From positions 4,043-68,042 of IMG/VR virus record IMGVR_UViG_3300024518_001342: DNA of 64,000 nucleotides. One strand, written 5' to 3'. The stretch comes from a virus. The notes beneath the pieces were generated by a model that made no database searches, was not told the origin of the DNA, and saw only the letters and a list, made by a program, of their open reading frames with translations. A program made the position numbers and the translations under genes. Positions 1-8,886 of the stretch are shown here, one piece after another (the stretch's first letter is position 1; each line of letters begins with the position of its first letter).

Positions 1-1572
1 ATTACCTCCACCATTACATGACATATTCAATAGTGCTGCTCGAAAGGATGCAACATCCACCAGTGAAGGTTGCGAGCGCAATTCATAACGTGCTGATGAA
101 TTGGTTTGGTACTGGCCGGGAAATGAAACAAGAGCAAATCTGTGCTCAGTGTTTTGAAACTGTGAAATGTATTGTGTTATTCCTTGTGTTAGTGCTGCGA
201 TAAACGGGCACATTGAACCAGAAATGTCTATCACAAAAACCATATCAACTTTGGCGTGAGGATTTAAATCTTCGTCGATTGCCCCATCGCAATCATTATC
301 CAAATGATCACAAATTTCGAGTTGTGGAGATACAGCGCCAATACAATCAGACCACACGCCTAGTGTGCAAGAACTAGTTCCAACGCGACATTCGCCAATT
401 CCAGCAGTCGCAGTATTTCCACAGGTCATTCCCATTCCGTCTATAGTACCATCACAATCATCATCCCAGTTGTTGCATGTTTCTGGTGTTATGTTATAGA
501 AATAGCATGGACCCCATGCACCATACTCATCGCACAACTCAACTCCAACACCACAATTAACAGGCGTATTTGTAACAGGATCAAGTATATTTTGATTACA
601 TGTGCGAGCTTGACCAAGCACACAACTGCACCCCTCGTCAACTACACCATCGCAATCATTATCAATCATATCACAAAGTTCTGCCGTGGGCTGGACTGCA
701 TCGCAATTTACCCACGCACCACTTGAACATTCCTCAACGCCGGAGCCACAGGCACTAGCACATCTGCGTATCAACCCTTCATCCACTGCGCCATCACAGT
801 CGTTGTCCGCACCATCGCAGGTTTCGGCTTCGGGATAGATCGCATCAATACATTTTGATTCTCCGCTATCACACAGCACTCTTCCAAATGCACAAATTCC
901 TACTGCTTGAGATGGTCCGCAAGTTGTTCGCCTTATATCATCAACTGTCCCGTTACAGTCATCGTCAATTTCGTTACATGTTTCCGCAGTGGGAAGTGTT
1001 TGATTATTGCACGGGCCCCAACTACCATCAATACAAAATTGCTGCCCTTGTTGGCATATTGAATCTCCACCGAATACAGCCAGCGTCGGACCTCGCCAAC
1101 AACTTAAAGGCGCGAGGGCTTCGTCGATCTCATCGTTACAATCATTGTCACGCCCATCGCAAACTTCTGTTGCTGTTGGATTTACTGATTTTCGTAAATC
1201 GTCACAATCGCCACCGCAGGAAGTATAGCCATCGTTGTCAAAATCAAATCCTTCATCAACCTCTCCATCACAATCATTATCTAAATCGTCGCAGATTTCT
1301 TCAGCGGGAGAAACAAAGCCCGCACAAGTTTCCACGCCTTCGTCGTCACACTCAATTGTTCCAAATTGGCAAACGCCTGTTTTATAAATATCATGATCTT
1401 TGAGGTTGTCGGCTAAAATGACTGTGCCGTTGTTGGTGATACCGCAGGGTCGGTTGAGATGGCAAACTTTGGCTATACCACTGCCGTCATCGCAAGACGA
1501 GCACCCTTGAAGAATGGTCGCTACCGCGATGGAAAATAGAAAAACTTTGTAATAGGAAAACTTAATCCCCAC
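1..1572 (-). CDS. Cys-rich repeat (MopE-like putative metal-binding motif) lipoprotein with VWA domain; 3' end runs off the window
   Basis: Not in the ORF track because it is open at the window edge. Manual translation from GTG at 1572: MGIKFSYYKVFLFSIAVATILQGC (lipobox-like), then 7 copies of ExC[DN]xxD[ND]DC[DN]xxxD (e.g. EICDDLDNDCDGEVDEG, ETCDGADNDCDGAVDEG), then VFVIDISGSM (VWA MIDAS DxSxS). Confidence 0.8.
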   Translation of the reverse strand, partial: MGIKFSYYKVFLFSIAVATILQGCSSCDDGSGIAKVCHLNRPCGITNNGTVILADNLKDHDIYKTGVCQFGTIECDDEGVETCAGFVSPAEEICDDLDNDCDGEVDEGFDFDNDGYTSCGGDCDDLRKSVNPTATEVCDGRDNDCNDEIDEALAPLSCWRGPTLAVFGGDSICQQGQQFCIDGSWGPCNNQTLPTAETCNEIDDDCNGTVDDIRRTTCGPSQAVGICAFGRVLCDSGESKCIDAIYPEAETCDGADNDCDGAVDEGLIRRCASACGSGVEECSSGAWVNCDAVQPTAELCDMIDNDCDGVVDEGCSCVLGQARTCNQNILDPVTNTPVNCGVGVELCDEYGAWGPCYFYNITPETCNNWDDDCDGTIDGMGMTCGNTATAGIGECRVGTSSCTLGVWSDCIGAVSPQLEICDHLDNDCDGAIDEDLNPHAKVDMVFVIDISGSMCPFIAALTQGITQYISQFQNTEHRFALVSFPGQYQTNSSARYELRSQPSLVDVASFRAALLNMSCNGGGN

Positions 1573-1621
1573 ACTATACTTATATCATATAAAAGGAAAA
1601 GGATAAAGTATTTTTATCTGC

Positions 1622-1993
1622 TTACCCGAAACTTGAACCGCATCCACAGGTTTTAGTAGCATTAGGATTGATAAACTTAAAGCCCATTCCCATCAAACTG
1701 GTTACATAATCTATGGTAGTTCCCTCAAGGTGCATCGCAGACATGGGGTCTAGATAGACAACAAGTCCATCAAAATTCATAATAAAATCATTTTCTTTTG
1801 ATCCAGTAAAGTCTAGAACGTAAGAAAGTCCAGCGCATCCCCCGCCGCGCACCATAACACGCAAGTTTTCTCCTGGCTCTAAGGGCTCAGACACAATAGC
1901 CTCTTTAGCCGCCTGAATCGCTTCATTAGTAAAAGATAGCGGCAACTCCTCATCATCGTCAAATTCTGTAAATTCTATTTCTTGGGTTTGCAT
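1622..1993 (-). CDS. iscA: Iron-sulfur cluster assembly A-type carrier (IscA/HesB family)
   Basis: GGGCAGLSY and C-terminal NPNATKTCGCGSSF signature with three Cys. Confidence 0.93.
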   Translation of the reverse strand: MQTQEIEFTEFDDDEELPLSFTNEAIQAAKEAIVSEPLEPGENLRVMVRGGGCAGLSYVLDFTGSKENDFIMNFDGLVVYLDPMSAMHLEGTTIDYVTSLMGMGFKFINPNATKTCGCGSSFG

Positions 1994-2364
1994 TTATATC
2001 TCCAATCTGCAATAGCCGCTTTGATCGCATCTTCGGCGAGAACAGAGCAGTGGACTTTTACTGGGGGGAGCGATAGTTCTTCGACGATTTCTTTATTCGT
2101 GATCTTTTCTGCTTCTTCGACCGTTTTGGATTTGACCCACATAGTAATAAGAGAGGAACTAGCAATAGCAGAGCCACACCCAAAAGTTTTAAACTTAGCA
2201 TCTTCGATTATCCCTTGGTCATTTACTTTAATTTGAAGGCGCATTACATCGCCACACGAGGGGGCACCAACCAAGCCGGTTCCAACATCAGGGGCATCTT
2301 TATCTAAGGTGCCCACATTTTGTGGGTTCTCAAAATGTTCTATTACTTCTTTTGTATAAGCCAT
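1975..2364 (-). CDS. iscU: Fe-S cluster scaffold protein IscU
   Basis: GAPSCGDVM, KTFGCGSAIASSS and LPPVKVHCS motifs. Confidence 0.95.
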   Translation of the reverse strand: MAYTKEVIEHFENPQNVGTLDKDAPDVGTGLVGAPSCGDVMRLQIKVNDQGIIEDAKFKTFGCGSAIASSSLITMWVKSKTVEEAEKITNKEIVEELSLPPVKVHCSVLAEDAIKAAIADWRYKCKPKK

Positions 2365-2371
2365 CTTTATA

Positions 2372-2401
2372 ATTATAGCCTATCTCATAAAAAGAAGTCA
2401 A
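2372..2401 (-). promoter_or_regulatory. sigma70-type promoter upstream of iscU
   Basis: Minus strand TTGACT-N18-TATAAT; -10 box ends 7 nt before the ATG; no Shine-Dalgarno. Confidence 0.65.
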
Positions 2402-2457
2402 GTGTTTTATTTTTTAGATTTTATTCTAACCCGCACGGGGTTACTATCGAAAGCCAC

Positions 2458-2751
2458 TCATTCTTCAAGTTGAGATTCGCTAAAATATCTTTTATCATCA
2501 AGCTGTTTGATCAATTCGATTTCTTGAATCAATGCGCCCAACTCTGTCTGGTATTGTTCCCCTTCAGGTGTTTGTGGTTGCCAAGCTTCAAATAAATCCT
2601 GAAACTTATCAAGGATAAAAGCTTTCACTGTACCGACTGCTTGTCGTGAACCACTTCCCGATGGCTCGCCATACTGTGTTTGAGGAGTCCGAGAGATTTC
2701 CTCAAGTTCCTCTTTAATAATTTGTTTTAGTTTTTGTTTTGTAATTTTCAT
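2458..2751 (-). CDS. Hypothetical protein with MKITKQKLKQIIKEE N-terminal leader (putative head-associated protein)
   Basis: ORF track; ATGA overlap with the upstream array gene; amphipathic leader ending I-K-E. Confidence 0.7.
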   Translation of the reverse strand: MKITKQKLKQIIKEELEEISRTPQTQYGEPSGSGSRQAVGTVKAFILDKFQDLFEAWQPQTPEGEQYQTELGALIQEIELIKQLDDKRYFSESQLEE

Positions 2752-3368
2752 ATGTATAGTTTTCCTTGTTGTTTTAGTTTATCAGTCATTTCTGAATTGT
2801 TCTTGCGGTATAGCATAGAGGTAGGTTTGTGATTCCACTCGCCGCCACCTTTCTCAGCCCACTTGATAGAAGATAATTGAGTGCAGTTGTCTTCATCCTC
2901 GGGTGTTAAACTATTTTCCAAATCGTCAAGCTGAACTTTCTCAACATCATCGCGTTGGTCCATATATCTTTTCCAAACCGCATAAGCATCTTCGCTTACC
3001 CCGTGGCGATCCGATACTAGACCACCCCCATTTTTGGTTGCGTACTCCATCGCTACATCATATAACATCGGACCCCAACCAGAACTTGCGCCGGTTGAAG
3101 AAACTTCAAATGCACCCATACAATCAAAGCCTTTGTTGTCTTTTCCATAAGGACGAATATACACAAAACCGTAAAACCATCCCCATTTGTCCCGCATCTT
3201 GTCCATATCTTTACGAACGTCTTCGCCAGTTTCTTCATCTACAAACATAAAAACAATATCACCGCCACCTTTGTCTTCGATTCTTACTTGAACGCCATCA
3301 GGTAAATCGGTGGGTTGTTTCATTCCTTCGTTAAGATAGTTGCGCCAGTTTTCAAATAAGAGTTTCAC
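2748..3368 (-). CDS. Leader-array protein 1: GNAT-fold acetyltransferase-like
   Basis: Leader MKLLFENWRNYLNE (GTG start); GWGPMLYDVAMEYA...LVSD...SEDAYAVW resembles GNAT motifs A/B. Confidence 0.6.
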   Translation of the reverse strand: MKLLFENWRNYLNEGMKQPTDLPDGVQVRIEDKGGGDIVFMFVDEETGEDVRKDMDKMRDKWGWFYGFVYIRPYGKDNKGFDCMGAFEVSSTGASSGWGPMLYDVAMEYATKNGGGLVSDRHGVSEDAYAVWKRYMDQRDDVEKVQLDDLENSLTPEDEDNCTQLSSIKWAEKGGGEWNHKPTSMLYRKNNSEMTDKLKQQGKLYI

Positions 3369-4057
3369 CGACCCATCTCCTGTATCATTGTCTTTATTGC
3401 CCCGTTCAAGCGGTTTCCTAATGTTTGTAAGTCTTTATTTCTGTAAGCATTTAATTCTGGTGGGACTTGTTTTGTTTCTTCCCAGTTCTCAACACTTTTT
3501 AATAAACTCTCAGATAAAGAAATTAATAATTGATAAGTTAATCTGCCAACTGCCATTACTTGTGGTGGAAAATCTGGTTCGGTTGCCTCAACCTTATCTA
3601 ATCGTGCTAGTTTATCCTGTGCGTTTTCAATAAGTTTTGGTGCTTTCTCTCGTATGTCGGCAACCATTTTTTCATTTGCTTCTCTAATTCGGTCTTGGAA
3701 CTGAGGCTTGTATTGTTCGATGTCATTGATTTGCCGTGTATAAACCTCGCGTTGGTATTCTTTGAGTGCTTTCATGATGATTCCGATTTCTTCTGTTAGG
3801 TGTTCAGTTTCCCCATAAACCATTCCTTCCCATTCGGTCTTGTCCATGTCTCCTGCCAAGGAGCCAATGCGTTTTCCAAGCGATCCCAAAATACAATGTG
3901 CTGCTTCTGCTATGTTTGATGCCGCCACTTCATATTCGGTCGTGGCAAGAAAAGCACCACCCGAAGGTATTCCGCCATAAATCCCGCCGCGAATAGGACA
4001 GCCCATACCTTCTTCTTCGTTAAGATAGTTGCGCCAGTTTTCAAATAAGAGTTTCAT
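3365..4057 (-). CDS. Leader-array protein 2: helical hypothetical protein
   Basis: Leader MKLLFENWRNYLNE; no recognisable domain. Confidence 0.75.
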   Translation of the reverse strand: MKLLFENWRNYLNEEEGMGCPIRGGIYGGIPSGGAFLATTEYEVAASNIAEAAHCILGSLGKRIGSLAGDMDKTEWEGMVYGETEHLTEEIGIIMKALKEYQREVYTRQINDIEQYKPQFQDRIREANEKMVADIREKAPKLIENAQDKLARLDKVEATEPDFPPQVMAVGRLTYQLLISLSESLLKSVENWEETKQVPPELNAYRNKDLQTLGNRLNGAIKTMIQEMGR

Positions 4058-4060
4058 AAA

Positions 4061-4681
4061 TTATTTTGGTGCGGCGAGCATATCCTTTAGGCTTGGCCAA
4101 AATGTGGCAGCTAAATAAGCTTTCACTTCACCAGCCTTCACTGCTGCAAGGAGCGATTCAAAACCCGCGAAAGCGGTGTCGCCTGACTTTGCGGCTGATG
4201 CAGCACCGACTCCTGAATATATCATTAGAAAAGCGATCAAGAGGTGAAACAATAAATCAGTAGCTTGTTTTGCTTTGGTTTCATCTTTAATTCTCAAAAC
4301 CTTCTCGACAAAAAACCTAATAGGCTTGTGAAATAGGTGATGAAACTTATCTGCATAATGATTAATCTTTTCTGCTACTTTTTCAATGCCTAGATCTTTT
4401 CCTGTCCAACCTTTCACGGCGTTCCCAAATACTTTCGCAATACCTGTGAAAAGTTTCACAATCGCGGGGGCAGCAAGAGTAACACCAAGCGCAAACAAGA
4501 CGCCTTCATCAAGCTGTTGTTCTGCTTCTATTTCTTGCGCGATCTCCTCCGTAGTATCACCCACATCATCGCCAAAAAGTCCAGCGATCTTTCCAAAAGT
4601 CTTTTCTAAAAAGCGATCAAACGCTTCTTCTTCTTCGGCTTCGTTAATATAACCTCGCCATTGTTCCATTAAAAGTTTCAT
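4061..4681 (-). CDS. Leader-array protein 3: putative membrane protein
   Basis: Leader MKLLMEQWRGYINE; hydrophobic segments GVLFALGVTLAAPAIVKLF and LLFHLLIAFLMIYSGVGAA; internal LDE just before the first segment. Confidence 0.7.
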   Translation of the reverse strand: MKLLMEQWRGYINEAEEEEAFDRFLEKTFGKIAGLFGDDVGDTTEEIAQEIEAEQQLDEGVLFALGVTLAAPAIVKLFTGIAKVFGNAVKGWTGKDLGIEKVAEKINHYADKFHHLFHKPIRFFVEKVLRIKDETKAKQATDLLFHLLIAFLMIYSGVGAASAAKSGDTAFAGFESLLAAVKAGEVKAYLAATFWPSLKDMLAAPK

Positions 4682-4685
4682 AATA

Positions 4686-4988
4686 TCAACGATAAAATCT
4701 CCTCTTTCTCTTATAGTCCCGAATAATGTCTCCTAAAACTTCGTCGTCGATGGCTTGAAATTTATCCCAAGGGATTTCTTGGTTTGCCCTTACGGTTTCA
4801 ATAGATAAGTCTTCGGGATTTAAGCTTCCCTGTTTAACTAAATCATCAATCTCATCGGCAAGCTGTCGTTGGACCTTCGCCTTGTCCATAGCACCTCCGT
4901 ATCCTGCGGGTGTGTCTGGTTCATCCGGTATACCTCCGTAATAAGCTTCCTTTAAATACTTCCGCCAACTTTCAAATAAAATTTTCAC
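4686..4988 (-). CDS. Leader-array protein 4: hypothetical
   Basis: Leader MKILFESWRKYLKE. Confidence 0.75.
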   Translation of the reverse strand: MKILFESWRKYLKEAYYGGIPDEPDTPAGYGGAMDKAKVQRQLADEIDDLVKQGSLNPEDLSIETVRANQEIPWDKFQAIDDEVLGDIIRDYKRKRRFYR

Positions 4989-5587
4989 CTGTCTCTTACC
5001 TCCGTGTGACCCACCTTTGTAATTAGTCCCGCTGGTGCTGCGGGTTTCTTTTCGGATGTGCCATCTGCTTTAATAACTTTGAATGGCGCGACAACATAAC
5101 CTTCTGGGTTCACCCGCTTCACCATATATGAATTTCGCCTTTTAGTTCCTATCTTGATTACGTGTTTGATGAGCGCATTTTTGGCTTTGTTGATCACTCT
5201 ATAAACTTGCTTGCTCCGTCCAATAATAAATTCATCACCTTGATCTAATGCTGCTAAAGCATCACCATCGGGATCGCTTTCCTCATCCTCAACATCAAAA
5301 CCAAATCCTTCCATGCCCGGTGGTAATCCGCTTCCCTGTTCGTCAAGTTTTTCTTTTTCTGCGTCCAAAGTCTTCTTGCTCTTTTTATTATCTGGTAAGT
5401 GTTTTTCTATTCTAAATTTTAGTATAGGTTTTCCGTTGACTGTAGGTTGACCGAGTTCATCCTTGCCGATTTCTTTAACAGTCATGCGTTTGTTTTTATA
5501 CTTGCCGCCAAGAATAACATCGCCGACTTCAACATCCACATCGATGTTTTCGGTAAACTTGCGCCAGTTTTCAAATAGGTTCTTCAT
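4985..5587 (-). CDS. Leader-array protein 5: hypothetical, possible SH3/KOW-like beta domains
   Basis: Start re-called from 5632 to the ATG at 5587 (MKNLFENWRKFTE), directly after the upstream gene's stop; VEVGDVILGG and QGDEFII segments. Confidence 0.7.
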   Translation of the reverse strand: MKNLFENWRKFTENIDVDVEVGDVILGGKYKNKRMTVKEIGKDELGQPTVNGKPILKFRIEKHLPDNKKSKKTLDAEKEKLDEQGSGLPPGMEGFGFDVEDEESDPDGDALAALDQGDEFIIGRSKQVYRVINKAKNALIKHVIKIGTKRRNSYMVKRVNPEGYVVAPFKVIKADGTSEKKPAAPAGLITKVGHTEVRDR

Positions 5588-5589
5588 AA

Positions 5590-6621
5590 TTATACCGCTG
5601 CGTTTTTCATTTCCCTTTTTCTTTTTTGCCATTTGTTTCTGGCAGCATTAAAAGTTCCCATGTCTGTTATAATTACTTTTTTATATTTCTTTTGGAGATC
5701 ATATTTTTCAATAGCTGCCATAATCTTATCCATCTTACCGATTTCGTATCTAAGTTCGCGCTTTTCGGCTGGTGTGAGGTCGCCGTGCTTCATTTTGTTA
5801 AATATCTTTTTGGTCTTTACGGCGGGTCCACCAATATAAAGAGCAGACGAATGTGGAACGTTCATAACGTTGGTGTCCACGACCCATTCGTTTTCCGCCT
5901 TAAACATTTTCGCTGCGTTGACTATCCCTGTATAAAGGATGAGCCGCATAAAACCTTTGGAGATATATTTACCTAACTCGTCTTGCTTCCACGAATCGGC
6001 TTTCTTAAGTTGGTCTTGGAGAGCCGGAAATAACAAATCAACCAGGTCTTGCAGACTATTTATGCGATCTAGGTTGGCATACAATTCTTGGGCGATAGGA
6101 GTTTTTACATCCCACTCCCTAAGAAAGTTTTGCATCGTGACCATGGCTTGGTTATCCACCTTCTCGCGTGTGACTTGCCACATCGTCTCGCCGATGTCAG
6201 CAGAATCAAAAATATTTCCGATTACGCGCTCTGCGTGTTGTTCGTCGCCTTGATTCTTTTCCGTCAAGCGATAAAATGCTTTTAGTCCGTCTTGCGCTAG
6301 GAAATCAGGATTATCATATTCTATTTTTACAATAGAATCGTTTATCTCGGCAAAATCTTTGCCGTCCATTACAATGGTTGCGTCTCTAATGTTGCCGTGC
6401 ATTTGCATAAAATTGGAGGGATTATCAGCAAAGCCAACGATGTCTGAGCTAGAAGCTCCGGGTGTCTTGATGACTTTATTATCTCCCAAATCTTTCATAA
6501 TATCCGGTCGGTAATCGTCATCAAAATAGATGGAGATATAAAACTTCTTCGGCATAGATACATCCGAAACATTTTCGAGTTCTTCAAGATACTCGCGCCA
6601 GTTTTCCATCAAGAGTTTCAT
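5590..6621 (-). CDS. Leader-array protein 6: hypothetical, possible ART-like fold
   Basis: Leader MKLLMENWREYLEE; late ENEWVV motif reminiscent of ART ExE (weak). Confidence 0.7.
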   Translation of the reverse strand: MKLLMENWREYLEELENVSDVSMPKKFYISIYFDDDYRPDIMKDLGDNKVIKTPGASSSDIVGFADNPSNFMQMHGNIRDATIVMDGKDFAEINDSIVKIEYDNPDFLAQDGLKAFYRLTEKNQGDEQHAERVIGNIFDSADIGETMWQVTREKVDNQAMVTMQNFLREWDVKTPIAQELYANLDRINSLQDLVDLLFPALQDQLKKADSWKQDELGKYISKGFMRLILYTGIVNAAKMFKAENEWVVDTNVMNVPHSSALYIGGPAVKTKKIFNKMKHGDLTPAEKRELRYEIGKMDKIMAAIEKYDLQKKYKKVIITDMGTFNAARNKWQKRKREMKNAAV

Positions 6622-6983
6622 TTCTTTTTTATCAACTCTTTTTTAATCACCTTAATGTTTTCGGGCTCCAAGATAATCCAGTTGTCGTCAAGTCTAACAC
6701 TATCGAAACCAAGCCCATCTAATTCACCAAGAGAGTATTTATCATATTCATCCCATCCTGCTACTTTTCCCGGCTTTAGTTCCGCAGTCATCAACCACTT
6801 TGTTGATACGGCCCCACTCTCGCCACGCAAGATTTTATCCCTGTCTTCGTTGAACCAAAAAACTCCTTGAGCTGAAAACTGTTTGTCAAAATCTCTAATG
6901 GGCACAGAACTTCCGTGGTAAGCGGTGACAATTTCATCTTCTTCTCGGAGATGCTTGCGCCAGTTTTCGAATAGGATCTTCAC
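6618..6983 (-). CDS. Leader-array protein 7: ADP-ribosyltransferase-like (ART-PolyVal-like) domain
   Basis: Leader MKILFENWRKHLRE; AYHGS..F D..GVFWF and GFDSV...WIILEPENIK pattern. Confidence 0.6.
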   Translation of the reverse strand: MKILFENWRKHLREEDEIVTAYHGSSVPIRDFDKQFSAQGVFWFNEDRDKILRGESGAVSTKWLMTAELKPGKVAGWDEYDKYSLGELDGLGFDSVRLDDNWIILEPENIKVIKKELIKKK

Positions 6984-7327
6984 GACTGTACCTCTATGGA
7001 ATCTAACTGGGCTTGAGTAACTTTGATTTCTCCATCTTCGTTGGGGTTGCCGCTTATCACGTCGGATGGATTGTAGGTGTAAACTAAAAGTGCATCCTGC
7101 TTATCGGTCATTCCGGCATAATAATCAAGAACAAAGTCTTTTGTTGTACCCAGAAACATTCCATTGGCTGGTGACTCTATCGTTCCAATTTCAGCGCGAT
7201 ATTCCAAATCTGGGTTTTGAAGACTGAAAAGTTTATCATCCTCATAAGCAACAATCTTATAGCCGCTACGGGTGGGCGTATCATCTTCGGTCAAATAATT
7301 GCGCCAGTTTTCAAACAAAAGTCTCAT
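6980..7327 (-). CDS. Leader-array protein 8: hypothetical, possible degenerate ART fold
   Basis: Leader MRLLFENWRNYLTE; GYK...GMFLGT...GEIKV. Confidence 0.65.
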   Translation of the reverse strand: MRLLFENWRNYLTEDDTPTRSGYKIVAYEDDKLFSLQNPDLEYRAEIGTIESPANGMFLGTTKDFVLDYYAGMTDKQDALLVYTYNPSDVISGNPNEDGEIKVTQAQLDSIEVQS

Positions 7328-7965
7328 GGCTGAACCACATTCACTCCTTTGGGTCGGCCTAATAAAATCTTCATATGTTTCGTTTCACATTTACCAAGAG
7401 TGCGACAATACCAGCCGGTATGATTCGGATATTTTCCATCGGGGTGTGGTCCGATCCATTCTATTTCTTTTCCTAAAACTTTTCGCACGTCTTCTTCGTT
7501 ATCAACGAATGGAACATTATGATACTTGATCATTACGTGAGCAATCGCATCCGACAACTCACCGTAGTTTCCTTCTGTATTTAATAATTCAGCAGTCTTT
7601 TCTTTGTATGCTCTTATTCCTTCTGATCCACCATCGGAGGCACCAACAGTCATTTTAATTCCTGCTGGTTTTGTTTTTGCACCTCTCACTGCATCGGGCT
7701 CGGGGTCTGCATCAACATCAACTGCCGTCCACTTATCATAATCCGAAGGCATATCGCTCGCAGATCGAATATCAACATTTCCACCAATCTTTGCGTAAGA
7801 TTTTTCAATCATATCATAGATTTCATCGGTGATATCAATATTGTCTGGATCGTTTTCTAGTTCGTCGGTGGGGAGATCAACCCACTTATTCTTTTTGCCG
7901 TCGCTATAATCAGCAAACACCTTTTCGTCTAAATATTTTCGCCAACCTTCAAATAATAACTTCAT
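7324..7965 (-). CDS. Leader-array protein 9: hypothetical
   Basis: Leader MKLLFEGWRKYLDE at ATG 7965, with GAGG SD; an in-frame upstream ATG at 8037 is an alternative start. Confidence 0.7.
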   Translation of the reverse strand: MKLLFEGWRKYLDEKVFADYSDGKKNKWVDLPTDELENDPDNIDITDEIYDMIEKSYAKIGGNVDIRSASDMPSDYDKWTAVDVDADPEPDAVRGAKTKPAGIKMTVGASDGGSEGIRAYKEKTAELLNTEGNYGELSDAIAHVMIKYHNVPFVDNEEDVRKVLGKEIEWIGPHPDGKYPNHTGWYCRTLGKCETKHMKILLGRPKGVNVVQP

Positions 7966-8041
7966 CGTTTTCCCTCGGTCTTTTTCATTTTGAATCTCCG
8001 CACTAAGAAGTTGTTCTAATGAAAACTTATCTACCATATAC

Positions 8042-8049
8042 TAAATAGT
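8042..8049 (-). promoter_or_regulatory. ACTATTTA putative late-promoter motif
   Basis: Intergenic; same octamer lies upstream of capsid, neck and sheath operons. Confidence 0.6.
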
Positions 8050-8052
8050 TTC

Positions 8053-8886
8053 TTAAAATGTCTCTTGCTCTACCTCTTTGATTACAGCAGCAGGTAAGTT
8101 CTTTTTAGCGTAACCAATAATAGATTGACGGTAATCGTTTGTGAAGAAATCTATTACTTCATCTTTGGTATATTGAATTTCATCCTTGGCGAGTTCTTTG
8201 GGATGGGCATAAAAATTAATAAATTCTCCAATAGAATCGTCTAACTTCGCTGAGAAAGGAACTTTAGACATTTTCGCTCGCTTGTAAGTTCCACGAGCGT
8301 ATGCTTCAATTTCAGACGGATCAAGGTAATAAAGACCAAGAGCATCAATGGAGGCTAATCCACCTTGAAACGCTTTCTTTTGTTGTTTTCCGGCTTTTTT
8401 TAATACGTCGATAGATTGTCCACCGTGTGTAAGTTCGTGAACCGTGGTATCTTTCATCTTTTCTATGAGTTCGGACATGTCACCTATTCTAAACTCATCT
8501 GAAAGAGACACCTTGACGGCTACGATACGATCACGCACCATTTCACCATCAGAATCACCATCAGAAGTCATCGTCTGCCCACTGACACTAAACTTTTTGC
8601 CTTCTCCAAAAGCAGCGGAAGGTTCAACTCGTAATTGAAAAGTTATTTTCTTGATACCCTCCTCCTCTAGAGATTTTGGAAGGCCACCAAAGTATTTGTT
8701 ATCATATGCAACGCTCTCAAGTGGATGTTTTATGGACCCAAAACGGGGTTTAATGCGGGGCTCCCCTTTGTTGGCGCTCAAGTGATCTTTAATCTTATTC
8801 ACGATATTTCTTACCATCGTTGTTGCTTCGCCTTCAAACTTGGCTTCTTTTAGCACTTTCCGCCAGTTTTCAAATAAGAGTTTCAT
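8053..8886 (-). CDS. Leader-array protein 10: zincin-like metallopeptidase
   Basis: Leader MKLLFENWRKVLKE; HELTH (HExxH) plus downstream EIEAY (third-ligand E). Confidence 0.7.
   Translation of the reverse strand: MKLLFENWRKVLKEAKFEGEATTMVRNIVNKIKDHLSANKGEPRIKPRFGSIKHPLESVAYDNKYFGGLPKSLEEEGIKKITFQLRVEPSAAFGEGKKFSVSGQTMTSDGDSDGEMVRDRIVAVKVSLSDEFRIGDMSELIEKMKDTTVHELTHGGQSIDVLKKAGKQQKKAFQGGLASIDALGLYYLDPSEIEAYARGTYKRAKMSKVPFSAKLDDSIGEFINFYAHPKELAKDEIQYTKDEVIDFFTNDYRQSIIGYAKKNLPAAVIKEVEQETF

Noticed and set aside
18-1403. Plus-strand ORFs 18-203, 855-1403 and 1007-1228
   Set aside because: They are antisense shadows of the minus-strand Cys-rich lipoprotein gene.
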